Origin: Phycisphaerae bacterium
Lineage (GTDB): Bacteria > Planctomycetota > Phycisphaerae > Phycisphaerales > SM1A02
Direction: 5' to 3'
Assembly: GCA_018657585.1 (NCBI GenBank)
Contig: JABHWX010000108.1
Span: forward strand, 1-60,093
DNA: 60,093 nucleotides
A program made the position numbers and the translations under genes. Shown in pieces: positions 37,459 to 47,155 of this stretch. A model generated the notes under the pieces. The model worked only from the letters and a program-made list of their open reading frames with translations, made no database searches and was not told the DNA's origin. Position 1 is the stretch's first letter. Every line of letters starts with the position of its first letter.

Positions 37459-39198
37459 TTATTTTATTTCTATTTGGTGCATCTGTAGTGTTGTGCCCAT
37501 TGAAAGATAGAGGTCTGCTATTGCTTTGTTGTAATTAATTATTGCGGAAAATTCTAAAATCCGGGCGTTTGCCAGACCCGCCTGTGTTTGAAGTTTAAGG
37601 TTTAAAAAAGTTGGGCTAAGCCCCGCCATAGTTTCCTCTTCGACGCCAAGCGCGCGTAAGTTTTCTGTTTGCGCAATTCTAAACGACTTATTGGCATGAA
37701 TTAGTTCTGCGTTTGTAATCACATCTCTAAGTGCTGTTTTTACTTCGATTGTGGCCTTTTGGATGCCTTGTTTGTATGAGGCTACAGCACTCATTTTTTG
37801 TAATCTTGCCGCTGTGTATTTTGCTTCCGCGGCCCTATTACCAAAAGGTGATTCAAATGATAGGCCTGCTAGGTAGTTTATGTAATCGGTATCAAACACT
37901 TCTTGGTATCCCCCGCCCGCTGATTCTCCAAGCCCATGAAACGACAGCTGGGCCTGCATGTCTAGTTGTGGCATTCTGGCGTTGTCGGCTACTTGGATAT
38001 TTATGGCTTCTGCGTTTATAAAAAGTATGAGTTTTTTGATGTCCGGCCTGTTTTGAAGTGCCGTTAAAAGGGCTTGTCTTAAGGAAATTGTGATTGGCGT
38101 TGCTTCTATTGCACCGGCTGGCTGGATTACTGTTTCAGAATCCAGTGGATATTCGTCTGTGTTAATAAGTTGCTTTAGGGCATCAGAGGTTTTTTGTACG
38201 AGTGCTTGTTGTGTTATTACATCGGATTTTCTTTGTTGAACAGTTGCTACTGCTTGTGCATAATCTGCTTCGCCCGTGTCGTATGTTCTGCGTATATCTA
38301 AAACCTCAACAACTTGTTCTCCTTGTTCTAAGAGCCATGTTTTTACTTGTAGTGTTTTCCATTGCAAAATCAGTTCGAAGTACGTTTGCTCTGCTGATGT
38401 AATAATGGTGTTCAGTGTGTTTTGTAATTCTTCTTTTGATTGGCGGTGTGAAATTTCACTTAATCTAACCTGTGCCAGTGTTATTGTTTCTCCAAAGTTT
38501 CGCAGTAATGGTTGTTTAAAATCAAGTGTTCCAATTGTTTGCCATGCTGGATCTGGTGAAAATTGTGTTCCTGTTGATTCGTTGTTGGTTCTTGTGACAT
38601 CTGTTGATATTGCAAGTGTCCCGCCGCTAGACATAAGCTTAGAGAGTGTTGCGTTGCCGGCTAAAACATTAGAGCTTGACTCACTAGTTGTTATTGGCAC
38701 GCCTCCAACCAATGCTTGTTGTTGAGGTGTTTTTGTTTTTGTTGTGCTCGCGCTTGCACCGAAAACAAAATCAAATACCGCTTCGGCTTCTTCGACTGCT
38801 TGTTCGGATATGGATGGTTTAATTGTTGCTATTTGGATTTCAAGATTGTTTTCAAGGGCAAGGGATATTGTTTTTTCAACCGTAAGTTCTTTGGTGTTAA
38901 TTTTGTTTCTACGTAAACCAAAACCTAGGTGTGCGTCCCACCCTAGCTCAGAATTTGCGGGGACTAATAATTCGATTTCTTCGGTTCTGTGTCGGAGGGA
39001 TTGTTCGACCGCCGAGGGTGTTGTGATTGGAAGTGTGATGGTTTGGTCTTGGTTTGAGGATCCTGGTAATTTATCGATAATTGCAGTTATTTCTAATTTG
39101 GGGTCGATGAGCGTTGTGGGCTCTTTGAATGGTGAGGAACACCCTGAAACCAAAAAAATCAGGGGTAGGACTGAAAGGTGGGTAATAAATTTGCACAT
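37459..39198 (-). CDS. TolC-family outer membrane efflux lipoprotein
   Basis: Lipobox LVSGCSS and two repeated OEP-type halves with long helical segments. No adjacent inner-membrane pump or periplasmic adaptor. Confidence 0.8.
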   Translation of the reverse strand: MCKFITHLSVLPLIFLVSGCSSPFKEPTTLIDPKLEITAIIDKLPGSSNQDQTITLPITTPSAVEQSLRHRTEEIELLVPANSELGWDAHLGFGLRRNKINTKELTVEKTISLALENNLEIQIATIKPSISEQAVEEAEAVFDFVFGASASTTKTKTPQQQALVGGVPITTSESSSNVLAGNATLSKLMSSGGTLAISTDVTRTNNESTGTQFSPDPAWQTIGTLDFKQPLLRNFGETITLAQVRLSEISHRQSKEELQNTLNTIITSAEQTYFELILQWKTLQVKTWLLEQGEQVVEVLDIRRTYDTGEADYAQAVATVQQRKSDVITQQALVQKTSDALKQLINTDEYPLDSETVIQPAGAIEATPITISLRQALLTALQNRPDIKKLILFINAEAINIQVADNARMPQLDMQAQLSFHGLGESAGGGYQEVFDTDYINYLAGLSFESPFGNRAAEAKYTAARLQKMSAVASYKQGIQKATIEVKTALRDVITNAELIHANKSFRIAQTENLRALGVEEETMAGLSPTFLNLKLQTQAGLANARILEFSAIINYNKAIADLYLSMGTTLQMHQIEIK

Positions 39199-39308
39199 GT
39201 CTTAAGAATACCATTATCAGAGAGGTTGCTAGTGTGGGCGAAGAAGGATACTCTCACCATAAGTTTATACGTTACACGTCCTACGAAACACGGAAGTCGA
39301 GGAGGCCG

Positions 39309-40580
39309 ATGATGCCAACAAAACAATTTATTATAAAAACTCTTTCATTGGCACTTTTAGTGCCCTCAACACTCGCTTTTTGTCAAGAATCGGCAGAAAG
39401 TGAACCAAGCTGGGTTGGTGTCATTGCCAACGATGCTGCTGTCAGGTGTGGGGCGAACGACAGTTATTATTCTGTTGCAGCAGCTAAAAAGGGAGACCTC
39501 GTGCTCGTGTTGGGCAAAAGGCAAGACTGGATGAGGATAGCCACCAGTGGGAATGTCTTTGAACAATCGGTTGGTTATATCAAACACCCAACAAGTGAGG
39601 TTGGTGTTTTTGAAATAAAAGACGGGGTTGGAATCGCGAAAAGCGACATTGAGGTACTTGCTAAAAACATAGAGTCGGATGAGTTGTATAGGTCTTGGAG
39701 ACCCGTTAGCCGTTTGCAAAACGGAGAACAAATAGGGGTTGTTAATACCACTACAACCGAACCAGGAACCCTCCACCGAGAGGCTTATGTTGTGCACACG
39801 GTTTGGTTGCCTGAAACGAGTATTGTTTGGGTTAGTAGCAGTAACATTGTGCGAGCAAACGAAAAACAAACCGCAATGTTTTACGGTGTTGATTTTGATG
39901 AGTCCACCGGATCCGCTCCTGTGACACCTGTTGCTCCAATAGAACCGGAAGATTGCGAAGATATATTTGTTGATGATTACATTGGCGAGGATGTTGTTGC
40001 AGAAACCAAAAACACAATCACACTCCAGCCTCTTTCGCTTGTTGAACTTGAGGCCACCTGGGACAAAATGGCTACTGAACCGGTAATGGGCGCTGAGGTA
40101 ATGCAGGTGAGGGATATGTACGCCGAGTTGCTTTCGAAAAATAGTGAGGATCTTGTTATTCAACAAATTGCCACAAATCGAATTCAACAGCTACAGGTCT
40201 GGGCTGGTTTGCAGGAACAAAGAAGGCGAATAATTTGGCTGCGGGACAAATTGGCGCGGGGGTCTGAGGATGTGTCGGAATATCGGTCGGTTATCTCAAT
40301 GTATGGTGATTATGTTTTGGTTGGCACGTTAGCGCTCTCGAACACCTTTGATGGTCGACTTCGTCCGTTTATGTATCGCATTCAAGACGCTAAATCTGGA
40401 AGAACATTAGGTTATTTGCCCGAAAATGAGGATTTAGAACTTGCAAGCCTTGTTGGGCAGTCTGTTGGAGTCGTTGGAAAAAACCAATGGAATCCAAACT
40501 GGAGAGTCAATGTGGTTCAGGCGGCTCGATTTGACATTTTGTCACCTACTACCGCAACAGTCACACCTGATATACAATAG
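39309..40580 (+). CDS. Secreted hypothetical protein with N-terminal SH3b-like segment
   Basis: GAGGAGG lies just upstream of ATG 39309/39312. Signal peptide is MMPTKQFIIKTLSLALLVPSTLAF. The SH3b-like segment is AAVRCGANDSYYSVAAAKKGDLVLVLGKRQDWMRI. Confidence 0.75.
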   Translation: MMPTKQFIIKTLSLALLVPSTLAFCQESAESEPSWVGVIANDAAVRCGANDSYYSVAAAKKGDLVLVLGKRQDWMRIATSGNVFEQSVGYIKHPTSEVGVFEIKDGVGIAKSDIEVLAKNIESDELYRSWRPVSRLQNGEQIGVVNTTTTEPGTLHREAYVVHTVWLPETSIVWVSSSNIVRANEKQTAMFYGVDFDESTGSAPVTPVAPIEPEDCEDIFVDDYIGEDVVAETKNTITLQPLSLVELEATWDKMATEPVMGAEVMQVRDMYAELLSKNSEDLVIQQIATNRIQQLQVWAGLQEQRRRIIWLRDKLARGSEDVSEYRSVISMYGDYVLVGTLALSNTFDGRLRPFMYRIQDAKSGRTLGYLPENEDLELASLVGQSVGVVGKNQWNPNWRVNVVQAARFDILSPTTATVTPDIQ

Positions 40581-40683
40581 TCCCCCTTCCGAATACGTTG
40601 GTCACTATCAGACTCCCAACCGATCAGGGTATTAGGTGTTTTTCTCCCAAGCCTATTTTAGATATAGGTGCGAGGGAGCACTC

Positions 40684-40756
40684 GGGGCGTTAGCTCAATT
40701 GGGAGAGCACTGCCTTTGCAAGGCAGGGGTTACCGGTTCGAGCCCGGTACGCTCCA
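40684..40756 (+). tRNA. tRNA-Ala (anticodon UGC), 73 nt, no encoded CCA
   Basis: Acceptor GGGGCGT/ACGCTCC with the G3:U70 Ala identity pair. Anticodon stem CTGCC/GGCAG with loop TTTGCAA; T arm ACCGG-TTCGAGC-CCGGT. Followed by TTA rather than CCA. Confidence 0.95.
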
Positions 40757-40758
40757 TT

Positions 40759-40790
40759 AAAAAACCACAGGCAATCGCTTGTGGTTTTTT
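40759..40790. terminator. Bidirectional intrinsic terminator after tRNA-Ala, overlapping the rsmJ stop
   Basis: AAAAAACCACAGGC-AATC-GCTTGTGGTTTTTT. The T-run overlaps the stop codon (40789-40791) of the convergent rsmJ. Confidence 0.75.
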
Positions 40791-41574
40791 AATGGGTATC
40801 GGGTTGTGATTTATAAACCTCATAACGAACCAGTTTTCCTTCGTTAATAACAATTGGGTTGTGTCCCATTGTTGGGGCGTATGTCGGACGTTTTATTACT
40901 ACTCTTGATGTCGCAGTTGAAAGTGCCGCTTGAAACAGATTGTGTGTTTTGGTTGGGTTGTCGTAACCAACAACTTTTTGTAACGCTTGAATGTGTCCTG
41001 GTGGCAGTGCGTTTTTTTTCTTTTTAGAAGGAAACATTGGGTCTATGTAGATAACTTCTGCGCCGGAGTTTTTTTTAAGATACTCAATTGCATCCATCTC
41101 GACGAAGGAGAGGTTGTCTGCGAGTAGCTTTGCTGTTTGTTCGTGTTGTTTCGCTCTCCAAAGACCGTCTCGAAGCATTGTTGAAATAATTGGCGATTGT
41201 TCTATTCCTACTACTCTGTACCCCAATAAAGCAAGTCTGCAGGCGTCCATGCCGAACCCTGCCGTCGCGTCAATTACCGTTTTGTGTGAACCTATAGATT
41301 TCGGAAGGGGTTGTTTTTTGGATATATTTCGGGCGCTAATTGCTATTTGTAAAAAATCCACACGCTGTCCATTGTTGTGTGGTGTGTTTGTATTGCGAAG
41401 CTCCACGCCCCTCTCGCCAAAATAGAGTGTCAGTGGTGCTTTTTTGTTGAGCACACCTGTTGTGTTTATTGTGTGTTCGTATTCTTTCACTAGGCGGTCG
41501 TTATGTGTGTTCAAAACCACCTCAACACCACCCGGGTGTTGTACACTGTCCAATCTTGGCTCTTTTGTAGACAC
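40789..41574 (-). CDS. rsmJ: 16S rRNA (guanine1516-N2)-methyltransferase RsmJ-like SAM methyltransferase
   Basis: VIDATAGFGMDACRLALLGYRVVGIEQSPIISTMLRDGL, YIDPMFPSKKKKNAL and RVVIKRPTYAP match E. coli RsmJ motifs (VVDATAGLGRDAFVLA..., YLDPMFPHKQKSAL, RVVVKRPDYAP). Confidence 0.85.
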   Translation of the reverse strand: MSTKEPRLDSVQHPGGVEVVLNTHNDRLVKEYEHTINTTGVLNKKAPLTLYFGERGVELRNTNTPHNNGQRVDFLQIAISARNISKKQPLPKSIGSHKTVIDATAGFGMDACRLALLGYRVVGIEQSPIISTMLRDGLWRAKQHEQTAKLLADNLSFVEMDAIEYLKKNSGAEVIYIDPMFPSKKKKNALPPGHIQALQKVVGYDNPTKTHNLFQAALSTATSRVVIKRPTYAPTMGHNPIVINEGKLVRYEVYKSQPDTH

Positions 41575-41645
41575 TTGTTCTTTATTTTACACCCTCACTC
41601 CTTTTGGTTTGAGGCAAAAAACACCCCTGTGTGGAGTATTGCTTT

Positions 41646-43628
41646 ATGAAACACTTTTTTCTTTTATTATTTTTACTTTCTTTGGTGGCGTCGCACTCGT
41701 TCGGTGGCGTCGAACCAGACGTGTTCACTCTCGATAATGGAATGAAATTCATCCTTCTTCCCAGAACCGAAGAACAAAACAGTGTTGCTGTAGGCTGGGT
41801 TGCCAAAGTTGGCTCTGTAAATGAGCGCCCTGGTATTACTGGAATAAGCCATTTCTTCGAACACCTTATGTTCAAGGGCACAAACAAAATTGGAACCAAC
41901 AACCCAGATAAAGATATGGAGTTCATAGTCGCAGAGCGAGATGTAAGAAACAGGATGCTGGCTCTGGTTTGGGGTGGACAATATGAAAAATTTAGGAGGG
42001 GTGAAATAAACGACCCGTGGGATTCTGAAAACGACACGCCACAACTTGCATCTCTACGTGTTCAGTTAAAGAGTTTAATGGATAAACATGCTGATGTAAT
42101 TGTAAAAAATGAACTTGATTCTTTGTATCAGGGCGAGGGTGCTGTTGGAATGAACGCTTTTACAAGTGAAGACGTTACTTTTTATATCAACCAATTGCCT
42201 GCAAACAAAATAGAGTTATGGTGTTGGCTTGAGTCGGACCGTTTGGCAAACAGCGTATTCCGTGGATTTTTCTCTGAACGGGATGTTGTGCACGAAGAGC
42301 GGCGCATGCGAACGGACTCTACTCCAACGGGTGTTTTTCAAGAACAATTTAACTCTATGTTTTGGCAAGCTTCGCCTTATTCCTGGCCCGTAATCGGCTG
42401 GCCAAGTGATTTAAATAGTTATACACTTGAGGGTGCTCAGGAGTACTTTGATATCTACTACCAACCAAGCAATTTAGTTGGTGTTGTTGTTGGCGACTTT
42501 GATCTTGTAAAAACAAGGTTGATGATCAAAGAATATTTTGGGGCATTAGAACCCGGGTCAACCCCCCCGCCACCCGTGCCAACTATAGAGCCGGTGCAAC
42601 GTGCTCCCCAACGAATGGTTGCTGAAGTTGATTCGCAATCTGAGGTCGAGGTTCGTTATCATGGGGTTCCAGCCGGTCATTCTGATGGATTTGTTTTGGA
42701 AATCATGGCTGGTGTGCTTAATGGTAAAACTGGTCGTCTTTATAAGTCGATGGTTGAGCGTGATGACATAGCTACAAATGCGGGGTTTAGGGTTGATGGG
42801 AAAAAATATGCTGGTGCTGTTTCATTTTATGGAACCGCAAAGGGTGATGCCACCCCAGAGAGCCTAGAGGCGGCTTGGTATGAACAGGTTTCATTGCTTC
42901 AAAACGAGATGGTTTCTAAAGAAGAACTTGAAAAAGTAAAAAACAATGTAATAGCAGACCAGTACAGACAGCTTCAAAGTAATTTTTATCTCATGATTCA
43001 ACTAGGTTACATGGAGGCGCTTGGTGGCTGGGAATATATCAACTACTCTGGAGAAAGGCTTCTTGCTGTTACCGCCGAAGAAATATTAGGTGTGGCAAAC
43101 AAATATCTTCTGGTAAACAATAGTTCTGTTGCTATTTATAATCGATCTGAAGATGCTCCTCCTGTAAACGAGGGGCTTGCTGGATTTGGGTCGCAGGAGC
43201 AAATGATGATTCAACAGGCTTTAGATGAACTTTCTTTGATGACCAAAGAAGAATTGTTGGACACCCAACAAAACATGAGTCAACAATCTTCCTCTGTTCC
43301 AGAAGAAATGAAACCTGTGTTTGATTATCTATTATTAAAACTAAAAGAAAGAATCAAGGAGGTTTCTGTTGAAGAGCCTCTAGTTGTTGATGTGGCGCCA
43401 GAAGATACTTTTGTTGTGAAAAAACCAGCTGTTCTAGAACTCACTCCACAACAGCTTGGCGAGGCAAATAAACTTATTGTTAATCTTGAAAACCAAAGTC
43501 TTGGTGATTTAATACAAATATATGCCGCACTAGAGGGGGCCATGGGCGGGGTACCTGAAGAGGAGCGTCCAATTTTAGAATACGTTATTGCAAGGCTGGC
43601 TGTTATTATTGCTGAGCTAGAAGAATAA
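41646..43628 (+). CDS. M16 (pitrilysin) family zinc peptidase, catalytic subunit, with roughly 200-aa acidic C-terminal extension
   Basis: HFFEHLMFKG (HxxEH) motif and signal peptide MKHFFLLLFLLSLVASHS. ATG 41646 lies 9 nt after GGAG. Confidence 0.88.
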   Translation: MKHFFLLLFLLSLVASHSFGGVEPDVFTLDNGMKFILLPRTEEQNSVAVGWVAKVGSVNERPGITGISHFFEHLMFKGTNKIGTNNPDKDMEFIVAERDVRNRMLALVWGGQYEKFRRGEINDPWDSENDTPQLASLRVQLKSLMDKHADVIVKNELDSLYQGEGAVGMNAFTSEDVTFYINQLPANKIELWCWLESDRLANSVFRGFFSERDVVHEERRMRTDSTPTGVFQEQFNSMFWQASPYSWPVIGWPSDLNSYTLEGAQEYFDIYYQPSNLVGVVVGDFDLVKTRLMIKEYFGALEPGSTPPPPVPTIEPVQRAPQRMVAEVDSQSEVEVRYHGVPAGHSDGFVLEIMAGVLNGKTGRLYKSMVERDDIATNAGFRVDGKKYAGAVSFYGTAKGDATPESLEAAWYEQVSLLQNEMVSKEELEKVKNNVIADQYRQLQSNFYLMIQLGYMEALGGWEYINYSGERLLAVTAEEILGVANKYLLVNNSSVAIYNRSEDAPPVNEGLAGFGSQEQMMIQQALDELSLMTKEELLDTQQNMSQQSSSVPEEMKPVFDYLLLKLKERIKEVSVEEPLVVDVAPEDTFVVKKPAVLELTPQQLGEANKLIVNLENQSLGDLIQIYAALEGAMGGVPEEERPILEYVIARLAVIIAELEE

Positions 43629-43641
43629 GCAAAGGATTTTT

Positions 43642-45096
43642 ATGATTATCACACTACTTTCAACGTTATTATTTATTGGGGCGCCCGAGAGTCCAAAAGA
43701 ACTGGTGTATCCAGAATATGCTTTTTCAGTGCCTCTTTCGGATGAATATAAAGAGGTTTTAGACAATGGGGTTGTTGTTTATATTGCGGAAAACAAAGAG
43801 TTGCCGCTTATTCATATAGTCGGTACGTTTATTGGTGGGGATTATTTAGACACTGTCGATGGTGTTGGTGTTACTTCTGTTATGGCTTCTCTTGTTCGTA
43901 GTGGTGGTACCGAAACCATGACCGCAGAGGATGTTGATGAGAGATTTGCATTTTTAGCCGCTGATGCCAGTGTGGGTGGTGGTCCTACAACCGTAACTGC
44001 TACTCTTGATTGTTTGTCTTCAAACTTTAAGGATAGTTTTGATTTGTTTTTTAAAATGATCCAGAGCCCGGGTTTTCAACCAAACAGGATAGAGCTTGCT
44101 AAAACAAATATTATTGAAAGGCTTGGGCAACGAAATGACCAGGCGTCTGGAATTTTGCGACGAGAGTTTTCTAACAAGTTGTTTGGGGATTCTTATTTAG
44201 GAAGAAAGCCTGTTCTTTCCTCTATAGAGAGCATAGGTGGTGATGTTTTGCGTAGCCGTCACAAGTTGGTTTTTTCGCCGTCTAATCTAACATTATCGGT
44301 TAGTGGGGATTTTGATACGCCACAGATGTTGGAGTTTTTGAACAACAATGTTGGGTCTTGGACGGGTGTCGGTGCGGTGGTGCCTCCTGAAGAGGTTAAC
44401 TCTACATTTGTTCCTGGAATCTACTATGTTGATCAAGATGTACCACAGGGTGGTGTTCGGATTGGGATTCGATCTGTACAACAGGGCGACCCAAACATGG
44501 CGGCAATCGAGGTGATGAATTACATCCTTGGTGGTGGTGGTTTTGGAAGTCGAATTACACAAAGCGTGCGTAGCAAAGAGGGGCTTGCGTATTCCGCCGG
44601 TTCTGTTTTCTCAGACAACCCTTGGACGGATGGTGTTTGGGCCGCTGGTTATGAGTCGAAAAGCTCAACGGTGGCCCTGGCCGCCGAATTGATTTTTGAT
44701 GAGATCAATACAATAAAAACTGAAACTGTGTCAGAAGAAGAGTTAGAGCAAGCAAAAAAATCGATTATTCAACAGTTTCCCTCGCAGTTTCAATCTAAGC
44801 CAGCAACGCTTGGGGTTTTTGTTGATGACACAATAACCAACCGAATCCCGGGGTATTGGGTTAACTACAGAAACAATATTAGTGCCGTCACTGCCGAAGA
44901 TGTAAAACGTGTTGCAAACATGTTGCTTGATCAAAAGAAAATGGTGATGGTGGTTGTTGGTGATTGGTCAGAAATTGAAGGTGGCGATGCAGACGGAAGA
45001 TCTTCTATGGGGAAAATCTCTGGTATTATTGGTGGGGGCATATCAGAGCTTCCTCTTCGGGACCCGTCAACCCTTGAGGTTTTGGTTACACCGTAA
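43642..45096 (+). CDS. M16 family peptidase, non-catalytic partner subunit
   Basis: M16 N- and C-domain pattern, but the HxxEH position reads SVMASLVRSGG. Adjacent to the catalytic paralog. Confidence 0.82.
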   Translation: MIITLLSTLLFIGAPESPKELVYPEYAFSVPLSDEYKEVLDNGVVVYIAENKELPLIHIVGTFIGGDYLDTVDGVGVTSVMASLVRSGGTETMTAEDVDERFAFLAADASVGGGPTTVTATLDCLSSNFKDSFDLFFKMIQSPGFQPNRIELAKTNIIERLGQRNDQASGILRREFSNKLFGDSYLGRKPVLSSIESIGGDVLRSRHKLVFSPSNLTLSVSGDFDTPQMLEFLNNNVGSWTGVGAVVPPEEVNSTFVPGIYYVDQDVPQGGVRIGIRSVQQGDPNMAAIEVMNYILGGGGFGSRITQSVRSKEGLAYSAGSVFSDNPWTDGVWAAGYESKSSTVALAAELIFDEINTIKTETVSEEELEQAKKSIIQQFPSQFQSKPATLGVFVDDTITNRIPGYWVNYRNNISAVTAEDVKRVANMLLDQKKMVMVVVGDWSEIEGGDADGRSSMGKISGIIGGGISELPLRDPSTLEVLVTP

Positions 45097-45132
45097 ATAA
45101 ATATTTTTGTTGTTTTGGAGTAGATAAATAAA

Positions 45133-45948
45133 ATGGCTAGACCGGTAAAAGAAGGTTGGATAACAGCAAAAACAGCTGATATTAATGATCTATACGAACG
45201 CTCTGTGCAGTGCCCTGGGTCGGAAGTAGATTTAGTCTTTCAGGTGTGGAATGAAATTCGTGGAAGAGAACCAAAAACCATAAGAGAAGATTTTTGTGGT
45301 ACGTCCGCAGTCGCCAGGGAGTGGGTTACTCGAAACGACACCTGCACTGTTCTTGGTGTCGATCTAGATAACAAAACCCTTGATTGGGCACGAAACAAAA
45401 TCAAAACCGATTTAACCGAACAACAACAGCGTCGGGTTACTCTTGTTCAAGAAGATGTGATGAACGTGCAATCTGACTCTGTAGACTGTGTGCTAGCTAT
45501 GAACTTTAGTTATTACGGTTTTAAGCAAAGGTCTGTTTTGTTGGAATATTTTGCTTCCGTATTCAGTAGCCTAAATGATGATGGATTGTTTTTGCTTGAC
45601 GCTTATGGGGGAAGTGATTCTTTTTTAGAAATGGATGAAGAGCGTGACCTCGATGGGTTTACATATATTTGGGATCAAAACCAAGTAAACCCAATTACGG
45701 GGGATGTTGTTAATTACATCCATTTTGAGTTTCCAAACGGCTCAAAAATTAAAAGGGCTTTTACGTATGAGTGGCGTTTTTGGACCTTGCCAGAAATTAA
45801 AGATGTTCTTGTTGAGGCTGGGTTTTCTGGTGTACATGTTTATTGGGAAGGAACTGACAAGGATGGGGATGGGGATGGGGTCTGGTCAATAGATACTAGG
45901 GGCGAGGCCTGCGCGGGGTGGGTTGCATATATAGTGGCTGTAAAATAA
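45133..45948 (+). CDS. Class I SAM-dependent methyltransferase
   Basis: Motif I-like REDFCGTSAVAREW...VLGVDLD, followed by VDCVLAMNFSY. Confidence 0.8.
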   Translation: MARPVKEGWITAKTADINDLYERSVQCPGSEVDLVFQVWNEIRGREPKTIREDFCGTSAVAREWVTRNDTCTVLGVDLDNKTLDWARNKIKTDLTEQQQRRVTLVQEDVMNVQSDSVDCVLAMNFSYYGFKQRSVLLEYFASVFSSLNDDGLFLLDAYGGSDSFLEMDEERDLDGFTYIWDQNQVNPITGDVVNYIHFEFPNGSKIKRAFTYEWRFWTLPEIKDVLVEAGFSGVHVYWEGTDKDGDGDGVWSIDTRGEACAGWVAYIVAVK

Positions 45949-46919
45949 TGAAAACTCTAGTGGATATGGGGTCCCCTGTCGGGGCTTGGTTGAGTAACGA
46001 GTTAGATTCTGTTTCCTCAATACTGTCAGACCATCTTAAAAATAAACACCATGAAGTAAACGACCTCTGTAATGAGCTAGCAACCTATCGAGGCAAGATG
46101 TTGAGACCATCCCTCCTTCTTCTTTCTTGGAGAGCCCTGCACCCGGCTGGACATATTCCTAATTCCGTCAGAATCGCCGCTGGTGTAGTAGAGCTTATTC
46201 ACCTTGCCACGCTGGTGCACGACGATGTTTTAGACGAAGCAGATTTGCGTCGCGGAAAACAAACCATTAACAGTTTGCGGGGAAACGAAGCCGCGGTGAT
46301 GCTTGGTGATTATTTATTGTCTAGCGCTTTTTTGTTGTGTTCAACAATTAAGAATCCAGAATTAAATATTTTGCTCGGTAAAATAACAAACACTCTTTGT
46401 GCTGGAGAGGTTGTTCAGCTCGCAAACAGAAATAATGTTGGGTTAACGTTAGAGCAGTACTACCAAATCATTCACGACAAAACTGCTTCTTTGATAGCTG
46501 CGTGTTGTGAAATGGGTGGTGTTTTGGGAAACGGAAATACTGAGCAGTTAAAAACTCTTCGCAAATTTGGTGAGGGAGTAGGCACGGCGTTTCAAATTAA
46601 AGATGATCTTCTTGATTTATTAGAAAGACAGGAAGACATAGGAAAACCAGCAGGAAGAGATTTAGAAAAGGGTAAACTTACGCTGCCTATTATTTTATTG
46701 TTAACAACTAATCCTTCTCTTAAAAATGGGGTGGAAGAAATTGTTGCTAATAATGATCGTTGTGCATTAAGACAGCTTGTAGATTCTTCAAAATCAGTAG
46801 AGGCGGCTGTTCAAAAAGTTAATTCCCTTGTTGAAGAGGCCGTGGGTGGCCTGTCTGTTGTTTTTTCAAACGAGGTCTCTTCCCAGATGTGTTTAATGGT
46901 TGAGCAATTAAAGGTGTAG
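45948..46919 (+). CDS. Long-chain polyprenyl diphosphate synthase (IspB-like)
   Basis: First DDxxD motif is LVHDDVLDEADLRRGK; the second is FQIKDDLLD. ATG 45948 overlaps the upstream stop (TAATG). Confidence 0.9.
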   Translation: MKTLVDMGSPVGAWLSNELDSVSSILSDHLKNKHHEVNDLCNELATYRGKMLRPSLLLLSWRALHPAGHIPNSVRIAAGVVELIHLATLVHDDVLDEADLRRGKQTINSLRGNEAAVMLGDYLLSSAFLLCSTIKNPELNILLGKITNTLCAGEVVQLANRNNVGLTLEQYYQIIHDKTASLIAACCEMGGVLGNGNTEQLKTLRKFGEGVGTAFQIKDDLLDLLERQEDIGKPAGRDLEKGKLTLPIILLLTTNPSLKNGVEEIVANNDRCALRQLVDSSKSVEAAVQKVNSLVEEAVGGLSVVFSNEVSSQMCLMVEQLKV

Positions 46920-47031
46920 TTTTTTAGGCAAAAGACACTCTGTTTATAAAATTTGTTGTTGTTTTGGGTTGATTTGGTATCATGGTTTCTCAGCAATTCG
47001 GACATGGTGTTCGTTATTTTTTGTTGATTTT

Positions 47032-47108
47032 GTCCCGTTCGTCTAGTGGGCTAAGACGCCAAAACCATATTGGTCTTGGTGACAGAGGTTCGAATCCTCT
47101 ATGGGAAG
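47032..47108 (+). tRNA. Non-canonical tRNA-like element (possible degenerate tRNA or pseudogene; one fold puts CCA at the anticodon position)
   Basis: Canonical parts are acceptor GTCCCGT/ATGGGAA (G1-A72 mismatch, G6-U67 wobble), U8, D arm GTCT-AGTGGGCTA-AGAC, T arm AGAGG-TTCGAAT-CCTCT and discriminator G. The anticodon region GCCAAAACCATATTGGTCTTGGTGAC cannot form a standard 5-bp stem with a 7-nt U33 loop. See the findings for the two possible folds. Confidence 0.5.
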
Positions 47109-47155
47109 TTTCTTTTCGTTTTGTTGTATTAAACAAATCGTATATGGAGTTTTTT

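Noticed and set aside
39366-40187. 273-aa reverse-strand ORF inside the 39309-40580 gene
   Set aside because: The translation is Cys/Asn/Phe-rich and low in complexity, with no motif, signal peptide or RBS. The + strand ORF has an RBS, a signal peptide and an SH3b-like segment. This is an antisense shadow ORF.
46982-47155. N-terminal 58 codons of track ORF 46982-48079
   Set aside because: This stretch reads straight through the tRNA-like element (it translates as ...SRSSSGLRRQNHIGLGDRGSNPLW...). An internal ATG at 47156 with a GGAG 6 nt upstream gives an RNase Z-sized product (307 aa).
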